A stretch of 64,000 nucleotides of DNA, taken from a virus (lineage: Duplodnaviria > Caudoviricetes). The position numbers were made by a program, and so were the translations under genes. Each line of letters starts with the position of its first letter. Position 1 is the stretch's first letter. Positions 40,085-46,405 of the stretch are shown piece after piece. The stretch lies in IMG/VR virus record IMGVR_UViG_3300021091_000011; one strand, written 5' to 3'. The notes below the pieces were generated by a model. It did no database searches and was not told where the DNA came from. It saw only the letters and a program-made list of their open reading frames with translations.

Positions 40085-40134
40085 CCCACACACGATTTCC
40101 AATCGTGCGCCTTAAACCACTCGGCCACCCTTCC
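40047..40134 (-). tRNA. trnS: tRNA-Ser(GGA)
   Basis: Full cloverleaf with long variable arm; CACGA-TTGGAAA-TCGTG; no encoded CCA. Confidence 0.95.
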
Positions 40135-40169
40135 GTATCATGCACTCTGATTTCAGAGTGCGCTCAAAA

Positions 40170-41024
40170 TCAACGCTTTACGAGCGATAACAGGGTTCTG
40201 CGCTCATTAGAACCGACAGGCATCGTAGACGCCAGCCGAATCAGAGAACTTCTCTGCGAAGAGGTCACTCTAAAAGAAGCCTGCTTGTACGGCGCAGTCC
40301 AGTCAACTGAACCGCTGCTAAGTGCCTTCACCGCAGGCTCTACGTGGCCCTTATCAGGGTCGATCACAGGCATTTCTTTGCGGTCAGGAGCCCAACTCGG
40401 CACATTGCGTTTCATTCCCTTGACGTTGTTTGCCATTATGATGATTCCGGTTTCAACTGAACCGAAGTTTTTTTCGAGAATTGCCTTGACGTCATCCGCA
40501 GAGATCGGAAACTCACCCGGAACGCCGTTGTTGGCATACCCTTCAAGCATATCCGCGACGTTCTTGGGCGTGAACTTCGAGATTGAACCCTCGCCTTTCT
40601 TGCCGTTTCTCACGTTGAACTTACCTACGGTGAGGATGTTCAATACGCGAAGAAGGTCTTTACCCGGAAGAGCCGCCTTGTAGCCTTCAACCTTGGCCGA
40701 ATTGCCGCCTGCGATGATCGCAGCCGCCCAACGATGATGACCATCCATGATGAAGTTGTCAGCAGAGATCAGCGCGTTCAAATCGCCGCCGATCTTGCCC
40801 TTAGCGAGCATACCCAAAGCCATGCCGACAGCCTTCCCTAAGACCATCGTGGTCTGGGATGGCTTCAGCGCAGCAGCAACGGAGCTAACCTTGCTTACTG
40901 AGATTTTATCCGAACTGCCGTCGCCGGACTCGCACATCAAGTGAGCGATAGACGGGTCTACTCCTGAGAGCGTTCCGGCTTCCTCAAACTGCTTCTCGAA
41001 AACACCATCTGCCTTACGCCGCAT
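40170..41024 (-). CDS. ParB/Srx-like domain protein with C-terminal cargo tag
   Basis: ISADNFIMDGHHRWAA motif; ends KQA|SFRVTSSQRSSLIRLASTMPVGSNERR. Confidence 0.85.
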   Translation of the reverse strand: MRRKADGVFEKQFEEAGTLSGVDPSIAHLMCESGDGSSDKISVSKVSSVAAALKPSQTTMVLGKAVGMALGMLAKGKIGGDLNALISADNFIMDGHHRWAAAIIAGGNSAKVEGYKAALPGKDLLRVLNILTVGKFNVRNGKKGEGSISKFTPKNVADMLEGYANNGVPGEFPISADDVKAILEKNFGSVETGIIIMANNVKGMKRNVPSWAPDRKEMPVIDPDKGHVEPAVKALSSGSVDWTAPYKQASFRVTSSQRSSLIRLASTMPVGSNERRTLLSLVKR

Positions 41025-41164
41025 AATCTACCTCTTCTAGTTAGAGCATCTCGTAACGGCTGATAGATAAATGTGATAACGGCGATTTCACACCAAAGAT
41101 TTCTTGATCTTACCTTCCAAAAACCCCTATGCCTTTTTTACAACCCTCACGGGCAAAAGGCTTA

Positions 41165-41287
41165 CGCCGAAGGGGAAGACCGACGCCACCTGAAACTGCG
41201 TCGTGTGAACACGCAAGACCCGACAGACGCAGTTACTACCTGCCGATCAGGACGGAGGTTGGATTTCCGGGAGGAGGCAGTCGGGCC
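41165..41287 (-). ncRNA. Candidate pseudoknotted structured RNA
   Basis: Crossing helices GGCCCGAC/GUCGGGUC and AACUGCGUC/GACGCAGUU plus inner hairpins; G-U pair favours the minus strand. Confidence 0.35.
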
Positions 41288-41446
41288 TCATTCTGAGGTT
41301 TCATCAATCGGCTCTTGCTCGTTCTTCTTGGAATCGGAAGAACCGCAGGAAGGGCAGACTCGCGCCTGCTTACCTGATTTTTTGATGATCGTGCGGTATT
41401 TAGTCCCACACGCAGAACAAGTGACTGACACTACGGCTTTACCCAT
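41288..41446 (-). CDS. Small zinc-ribbon protein
   Basis: MGKAVVSVTCSACG...VCPSCGS. Confidence 0.7.
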   Translation of the reverse strand: MGKAVVSVTCSACGTKYRTIIKKSGKQARVCPSCGSSDSKKNEQEPIDETSE

Positions 41447-41473
41447 ATCGTAACATACCAAACAAAATGAAAA

Positions 41474-41536
41474 TAGTCCTTGTCGGACTTGAACCAGCAC
41501 TTCCTCGCGGGAATCTGCCTGTTTCGCCAAGAGGCC
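41474..41536 (-). pseudogene. Highly degenerate tRNA-like remnant lacking the anticodon arm
   Basis: TGGCGAAACAGGCAGA D-arm-like, CCGCGAGG variable-arm-like and GGTTCAAGTCC T-loop; weak acceptor stem. Confidence 0.35.
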
Positions 41537-41540
41537 ATCG

Positions 41541-41612
41541 TGGGTCGTTTGGGATTCGAACCCAAAACCAGCGGATTAAAAGTCCGATGCGCTACCGTTG
41601 CGCCAACGACCC
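41541..41612 (-). tRNA. trnK: tRNA-Lys(TTT)
   Basis: Cloverleaf with CGGA-CTTTTAA-TCCG; no CCA. Confidence 0.95.
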
Positions 41613-41619
41613 TAAACAT

Positions 41620-41680
41620 TGGGGAACTACCTAGATAGGCGAAATCAAAATCCGCAGTCCTGCCGTTAGACGATTCCCCA
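41620..41680 (-). pseudogene. tRNA-Gln(TTG) with deleted T-loop
   Basis: Intact acceptor, D and anticodon arms; CTAGGT-AG where CTAGGTTCGAATCCTAG is expected (9 nt missing). Confidence 0.85.
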
Positions 41681-41686
41681 TTGTAG

Positions 41687-41759
41687 TAGCCGCAGAGGGA
41701 TTCGAACCCCCGACCGTCGCTATGTAAAAGCGATGCTCTACCAACTGCGCTATGCGGCT
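41687..41759 (-). tRNA. trnV: tRNA-Val(TAC)
   Basis: TCGCT-TTTACAT-AGCGA anticodon arm; no CCA. Confidence 0.92.
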
Positions 41760-41766
41760 ATGTTTG

Positions 41767-42076
41767 TACCCGAAGTCGGATTCGAACCGACACGCCCTTG
41801 CGAGCGGAGGATTTTCTTACCACTATGGTTTTCACCACCAAATCACGTTGTTTGTGGTCTGGACTTTGCCTTCACCCTCGCCATCTAGCCTCGGCTAGAT
41901 TCGTTAGGGCGGCTACCGTCAAGTCTCTACACCTTCCCCATTTATCATGGGGCTTGGCTCGGCGTTGGGTCGCTTTCGCAGGCCGTTCACCGAATTTGGC
42001 AGCATTCACTCAAGGGGCTTTCCCCCTTGGTGCTCAATCAATAAGTCCTCTGTGGCTACCCTTTCACCATTCGGGC
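41767..42076 (-). tRNA. trnL: tRNA-Leu(TAA) interrupted by a group I intron (exons 42043-42076 and 41767-41815)
   Basis: Exon 1 ends GAGGACTT and exon 2 starts AAAATCCTC; the spliced arm is GAGGA-CTTAAAA-TCCTC. Confidence 0.93.
41816..42042 (-). ncRNA. Group I intron (IC3, trnL-UAA type), 227 nt, no ORF
   Basis: Follows U, ends in G; P (AAATTCGG), Q (CGCCGAGCCAA), R (GTAGAGACTTGACGG) and S (AAGGCAAAGTCC) elements. Confidence 0.92.
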
Positions 42077-42085
42077 AATCTCAAG

Positions 42086-42158
42086 TGCCCCCAACGGGAT
42101 TTGAACCCGTGTAACCAACGTGAAAGGCTGGCGTCCTAGGCCACTAGACGATGGGGAC
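42086..42158 (-). tRNA. trnE: tRNA-Glu(TTC)
   Basis: CCAGC-CTTTCAC-GTTGG; no CCA. Confidence 0.93.
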
Positions 42159-42162
42159 TAAA

Positions 42163-42420
42163 TCAAAGCCAATAATCAAAGATCGATTCCGCGAAATAAT
42201 CGTCCGGCTTGACCGACTCGATCTGCAAGTCACCATTCGGACTTGCATAACGCACGATGCGCTTTACCAACCAACGCAGGTAATCAGGCCCCCCTGCAAT
42301 CACCCTCGTTTCGGAAAAGCCAACGAGTGCTTGCTCAAGCCCTTCGGTTGATTGCGGTAAAAAATCTTCTAGGTGCTTTACGCCTAGCGCGGTTTTATTT
42401 TCGTGATCGAGTAGCCACAT
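42163..42420 (-). CDS. Small hypothetical protein inside the tRNA cluster
   Basis: MWLLDHENK... 85 aa fills the gap between tRNA-Arg and tRNA-Glu. Confidence 0.65.
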   Translation of the reverse strand: MWLLDHENKTALGVKHLEDFLPQSTEGLEQALVGFSETRVIAGGPDYLRWLVKRIVRYASPNGDLQIESVKPDDYFAESIFDYWL

Positions 42421-42453
42421 GGTACGGCTACTCAAAAAATCAGATAAACGCGG

Positions 42454-42526
42454 CACCACCGGAGGGAATCGAACCCCCATCGACAGGCTTAGAAGGCCCG
42501 CGCCTTATCCGTTAGACCACGGTGGC
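42454..42526 (-). tRNA. trnR: tRNA-Arg(TCT)
   Basis: CGGGC-CTTCTAA-GCCTG; followed by CCG, not CCA. Confidence 0.93.
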
Positions 42527-42532
42527 AGATAA

Positions 42533-42606
42533 TGGACCCCCTCGGGCTTGAACCGAGAACCAACCGGGTATGAGCCGGACGCGCTAACCACTTGCGCCAG
42601 AGGTCC
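42533..42606 (-). tRNA. tRNA with CAT anticodon (elongator Met or Ile2)
   Basis: CCGG-CTCATAC-CCGG; G1-C72 paired, so not an initiator. Confidence 0.9.
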
Positions 42607-42611
42607 AAAAG

Positions 42612-42694
42612 TACGAGCAAAGGGACTTGAACCCCCACGCCCTTGCGGGCACCGGAACCTAAATCCAGCGTGTCTACCGTTCCACCATGCTCGC
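42612..42694 (-). tRNA. trnL: tRNA-Leu(TAG)
   Basis: CTGGA-TTTAGGT-TCCGG with long variable arm; no CCA. Confidence 0.95.
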
Positions 42695-42701
42695 TTATTT
42701 G

Positions 42702-42779
42702 TGGACGAGGGAGGACTCGAACCTCCGTGTGATATGCCTGATTTACAGTCAGGTGCAGTCGCCGCTGTGCCACTCGTCC
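42702..42779 (-). tRNA. trnY: tRNA-Tyr(GTA)
   Basis: CCTGA-CTGTAAA-TCAGG; variable region about 10 nt; no CCA. Confidence 0.92.
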
Positions 42780-42869
42780 AAGAGGCAGACTTCCTCTAAC
42801 TCGGTCTGCCAGCGAGTTCGGTTCCCATGGCAGGTAGAAAAGGAGAAAACCCCGCCACGGGCATCGAGA

Positions 42870-43073
42870 CTACTTGCGCTGAACGAAGTCGTACATTTCT
42901 TCGGCCAGCAAGCGAACCTGCGTGAAGGTCGGGAACGGAACTGCCAGCGGCGGGCGGTTTTCATACTGCGCCCGCGAGTTCTCGTTCTCCTGAGCCGCGT
43001 GATACTGCTCCACGAGCATATTCCGCGCCTCTTGGAGAATCCCCCAACGGATTTCGTAACCGGACTGAGACAT
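42870..43073 (-). CDS. Small hypothetical protein
   Basis: MSQSGYEIRWGILQEARNML... with AGGGAG RBS. Confidence 0.75.
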   Translation of the reverse strand: MSQSGYEIRWGILQEARNMLVEQYHAAQENENSRAQYENRPPLAVPFPTFTQVRLLAEEMYDFVQRK

Positions 43074-43094
43074 AAACCAGACTCCCTGTGTGTG

Positions 43095-43350
43095 TGGTGA
43101 AAGCAAATACCGCTGGTGTGCAACCACCTGAGATCGCTCTAGCGTCCTATAACGATCTCCCCTGCGCGGCGACAAGGACCCCGATAACGGTGAGGTAACC
43201 GGAAGGAGTTTTCGCACCCCTACAAACGCACGGATTCTCGTCCCATGACTACGCTCAAGGACTTAACGAGCCCTGAGAATCGTCCGCATATAACGTCGCG
43301 GCCCCGCCGTTTTCTACCTGACGGTACAGGTTTGAGTGGTTGCACACTCA
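43095..43350 (-). ncRNA. Candidate ~250-nt structured RNA
   Basis: Perfect 12-bp long-range helix (43116-43127 with 43336-43347) enclosing several hairpins; no credible ORF. Confidence 0.5.
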
Positions 43351-43353
43351 AGG

Positions 43354-43426
43354 CTCCGACAGCAGGACTCGAACCTGCGACCAGGCGGTTAACAGCCGCC
43401 TGCTCTACCAACTGAGCTATGTCGGA
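43354..43426 (-). tRNA. trnN: tRNA-Asn(GTT)
   Basis: GGCGG-CTGTTAA-CCGCC; followed by CCT, not CCA. Confidence 0.95.
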
Positions 43427-43429
43427 AAA

Positions 43430-44125
43430 AGCGAGGGCGTTCCACCCTCTAGAGCACGATGCCCTTACCACGGCGTCGATCCGCAGTAAGCCCCTGCGCG
43501 TACCTACGCAGAAGACTGAAAGGCTCAAGGCGGGAGCTTACGGTTATCGCTAACCTTAGACCCACTCCACTTTGCTTACCTGCGCCTAACAGGTGCTGCT
43601 GGACTTGTCACTCCAGCGGGAGGTCACTACTTTCCGTCCACCGCCATCCAACCAGAGACATTCCCTGATCGAACGCACGAACTCGGCCAGCAACGTACCC
43701 AATTCGTCCCGCCCTTTTTAACCTCGGCGTCAGGTTCCCCACCACGGTTGGACTGCTACCGTCGGTCTATTGACCGTCGCTCGGTGTCCACTTCGTCCGA
43801 ACGATCCCCGAGCACGGGGACTTACGATCACGGCTTAGAGGCCCGACGAGTTATCATCGGGCTTACCGCGACAGGCTTGTAAGCCGTAGTGAGGATAATA
43901 GGGTCTCCCGCGTCGAGACTTAGCCCGATGCGGTCGTATATTCTGCGACCTAGACCCCTAGTCGCTACATCCGTGATAATCTGAGCCAAATCCCGAACAC
44001 GGCTTCGGGGCTCAGTTCGGGTAGCAGGTCGGCACCAACCAGCCCCCGAAATCGTTTTCAATGAACGTGACGGCTTACTTTACCCAAGCCGTATTGAACG
44101 TCAACCCCTTAGTTGACGGAAACTA
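43430..44125 (-). ncRNA. Large ornate ncRNA, probably GOLLD-like
   Basis: About 690 nt, no credible ORF, packed with hairpins, between tRNAs; 3' half has GGUACGUUGCU, AGUGACCUC, GUUAGGCGCA, GUGGAGUGG, UUGAGCCUUU and GCGUAGGUAC, which I recall from GOLLD alignments (not verified by search). Confidence 0.7.
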
Positions 44126-44127
44126 AG

Positions 44128-44206
44128 CACGCGCAGGAGGAATCGAACCTCCATGCCCTTGCGGGCACCGGAAAATCCGGCGTGTCTGCCATTCCACCAT
44201 GCGCGG
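44128..44206 (-). pseudogene. Leu-type tRNA with anticodon loop collapsed to 3 nt
   Basis: Close paralog of tRNA-Leu(TAG) at 42612, but CCGGA-TTT-TCCGG (4 nt missing) and a C1/U72 mismatch. Confidence 0.85.
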
Positions 44207-44232
44207 ATAACGTGTTGGTCAAATGATTGCGC

Positions 44233-44321
44233 TTACACCATCCAAACGGTTCGGGGCGGCGAGGAAAACCGAAAAAGTGAACGACGATTTCCGGTTTTTT
44301 CGGGGCGGTCTAACCGTTTGG
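44233..44321. promoter_or_regulatory. Early promoter cassette with truncated right half; its left half faces the ncRNA/tRNA operon
   Basis: 89 bp identical to 44604-44692. Confidence 0.85.
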
Positions 44322-44330
44322 GAGGATCGT

Positions 44331-44588
44331 TCACGGCTCGTTAACGACCACCTTGTCGCCCGAAGGCGTAAGGAGGGTGACCGCCGCGATGAAGTACCCG
44401 CAGCACTCCGCGCCGCAGGACTGCTCTGCTGTCTCGACGTCGACGACTTGGTAGCCGTCGACAACGGGCGACGAGATGTTACCCTCGTCATCCTCATACT
44501 CGTAACTCTCGAAAAACGACTTGCCATCTGCCGCCCACGCGGATTCGATTTTCTTGACGATGATATCGAGGTTCTTGAGGTTGTTCAT
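44331..44588 (-). CDS. Small acidic early protein
   Basis: 85 aa, GGAAAGGA RBS, flanked by duplicated cassettes. Confidence 0.8.
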   Translation of the reverse strand: MNNLKNLDIIVKKIESAWAADGKSFFESYEYEDDEGNISSPVVDGYQVVDVETAEQSCGAECCGYFIAAVTLLTPSGDKVVVNEP

Positions 44589-44603
44589 GGTTTATCCTTT
44601 CCC

Positions 44604-44701
44604 TTACACCATCCAAACGGTTCGGGGCGGCGAGGAAAACCGAAAAAGTGAACGACGATTTCCGGTTTTTTCGGGGCGGTCTAACCGTTTGGATGGTGTA
44701 A
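44604..44701. promoter_or_regulatory. Bidirectional early promoter cassette (98 bp)
   Basis: Two back-to-back half elements between divergent genes. Confidence 0.85.
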
Positions 44702-44724
44702 AGACCCCGAAAGGAGCAGCGCAC

Positions 44725-45093
44725 ATGGGCTTTCGCTCGGAGATTCGCCGGATGCGTGACAAGCAGGACGCGCTCGCGCACGTCGAGCGCGTCGGCAAGG
44801 GCGTGCGTGCGCTGATCGACACGAGCGACCCTTCGCGGGTAGAGCGCGCCGAAGGCATCATGGATCGGATCAATCCGATTCGTGATAGCCTGACCGAAGT
44901 GGCGGCGGCTGTTGCGGGCACGAATCCGAATGACGGCTACATGGTCGTTATCCGCTTCGGGCAAATCGCGCGTAGTGCGTGTGAGTGCCCCGACTTTGGA
45001 CGCACGGGTCCATGCAAACACGTCCTCGCCGTCGCGGAGTCATGGCTTGAGCAAGTCGCTCGCCCGACTTGGCGGGAATTGCGGCGCGGCTAA
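44725..45093 (+). CDS. SWIM zinc-finger early protein
   Basis: CECPDFGRTGPCKHVLAV; AAGGAG RBS. Confidence 0.85.
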   Translation: MGFRSEIRRMRDKQDALAHVERVGKGVRALIDTSDPSRVERAEGIMDRINPIRDSLTEVAAAVAGTNPNDGYMVVIRFGQIARSACECPDFGRTGPCKHVLAVAESWLEQVARPTWRELRRG

Positions 45094-45103
45094 TTCGGCT
45101 ATA
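45090..45103 (+). promoter_or_regulatory. Putative late promoter CTAATTCGGCTATA
   Basis: One mismatch to the late motif, 15 nt upstream of ATG 45119. Confidence 0.5.
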
Positions 45104-45118
45104 CGAAAGTGACGTATC

Positions 45119-45304
45119 ATGGATACGTTCAGCGAAATCGAAAAGATCAAGCGGGCAATCAGGTCATCGCACGCGGTCATGTTCAACGTGAACACGATTG
45201 ACGTTGATTTGGATGATGACCACCAGCCCGTGTTCAAGCCTCGCAATCGCGTGGTAAAATCGAATGAACCCACCGAAAAGGACGAATCCTCGCGCAAGAC
45301 GTGA
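45119..45304 (+). CDS. Small hypothetical protein
   Basis: 61-aa ORF after the late motif. Confidence 0.55.
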   Translation: MDTFSEIEKIKRAIRSSHAVMFNVNTIDVDLDDDHQPVFKPRNRVVKSNEPTEKDESSRKT

Positions 45305-45322
45305 TTCGTTCTAGCAACTGCT

Positions 45323-45841
45323 ATGAACGTACTTGTGCTCAACTTCGTCTATCGACCGATTGCCGTGATGTCGTGGCAAGAGGCGATCACGACGGTATAT
45401 AGCGGACGTGCTGAAGTCGTCGAGCACTACGCCGACAGGACGATCAAATCGGCCACGCAAGAATGGCCGATGCCTTGCGTCGTTCGATTCCTGCGTAAAA
45501 AGACCGCACGATGGTTTAAGTGCGAGCCGCGATTCACGCGCAAGAACGTCTGGATTCGGGACAAAGGCGTTTGCCAATACTGCGGCAGGCCCGTATTACT
45601 GCGGCAGTTCACTTTAGATCACGTTTTGCCTCGATCACGCGGCGGCAAAACGGAATGGGGCAACATCGTTGCGGCGTGTGACCCGTGCAATCAAAAGAAA
45701 GAAGCACGGACACCGCAAGAGGCAAAAATGCACCTTCGGAAACCGCCGTTGGCTCCGAAGGTGCTGCCCGTTGTCAACGAATCAAATGACCCTGCACTAA
45801 GCCACGTCATGCCCGATCAATGGCGGGCATACTTGGATTAG
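45323..45841 (+). CDS. HNH endonuclease (McrA/HNH_5-like)
   Basis: VLVLN..Y.P; CQYCG; TLDHVLPRSRGG..EWGNIVAACDPCN. Confidence 0.92.
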   Translation: MNVLVLNFVYRPIAVMSWQEAITTVYSGRAEVVEHYADRTIKSATQEWPMPCVVRFLRKKTARWFKCEPRFTRKNVWIRDKGVCQYCGRPVLLRQFTLDHVLPRSRGGKTEWGNIVAACDPCNQKKEARTPQEAKMHLRKPPLAPKVLPVVNESNDPALSHVMPDQWRAYLD

Positions 45842-46392
45842 CGCAGCCGATACGAAGCGGTCTTGCCAGCAGGCGCTTCTTCCTCGTCGGCAAGCGCAAA
45901 GACCATCTTCTCGAAGTCGCCAGCGTTCATCTTCTTGACGCGCTCTTGCGCCCGCTGGAAATCTTCGGGGCTATCGTACTTGCTACGATCCATGTTTTTG
46001 AGGAACTTAGCCTTACGTTCCTCGGGCGTCATACGCTTCTTGGCGTTCTTGTCCGCGAGGTCTTTAGCCTGATCCTTGAGGTCGTGCATCTCATCATCTT
46101 CAAGATCATGCTCACGGGCGAGAGCCTTCACGCCCTCATTCTTGATCTTCTTGAAGGTCTGCTTCTTGTAAGTTTTGTTTTCTTCGCTATGGCCCGTGTT
46201 CATCACGCGGGCTTCCCATTCTTCTTTCGAAAGGGCAGGCTTACCCTCACGCTTCTTCTTGTCGAGATACTTATTGTAGTCAGGTCTAGCGATGTGCATC
46301 AAACCCGCGATGATCGCACGGCGTAACGAGTCGCCCTGCGGCAAAGTCGAAGCCACGCGCACTAAAGACTTACGCTCTTGATTCGTCACCAT
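45838..46392 (-). CDS. Tagged, highly charged helical protein
   Basis: N-terminal ERKSLVRVASTLPQGDSLRRAII tag; AGGAG RBS before ATG 46392. Confidence 0.8.
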   Translation of the reverse strand: MVTNQERKSLVRVASTLPQGDSLRRAIIAGLMHIARPDYNKYLDKKKREGKPALSKEEWEARVMNTGHSEENKTYKKQTFKKIKNEGVKALAREHDLEDDEMHDLKDQAKDLADKNAKKRMTPEERKAKFLKNMDRSKYDSPEDFQRAQERVKKMNAGDFEKMVFALADEEEAPAGKTASYRLR

Positions 46393-46405
46393 GACCAATC
46401 TCCTA

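Noticed and set aside
41190-41290. Hammerhead or HDV/theta ribozyme
   Set aside because: A GAAA-stem is present but no CUGANGA core; no room for P3/L3 between the P2 and P1 strands for an HDV fold. The region after tRNA-Asn also did not fit a theta fold.
43095-43220. tmRNA (GGGGUG start and ...UCACCA end)
   Set aside because: The acceptor stem does not pair, and there is no T-arm and no tag reading frame.
42163-43528. Track ORFs overlapping tRNA genes (e.g. 42489-42773, 43220-43528 and the 5' extensions of 41288-41530 and 42163-42480)
   Set aside because: They read through tRNA or ncRNA sequence; only the shorter ORFs with their own starts were kept.
1036-44701. Repeated 20-bp element as a CRISPR repeat or MITE
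   Set aside because: Copies are dispersed, inverted or single, with no regular unique spacers, no cas genes and no target-site duplications; orientation tracks gene starts.
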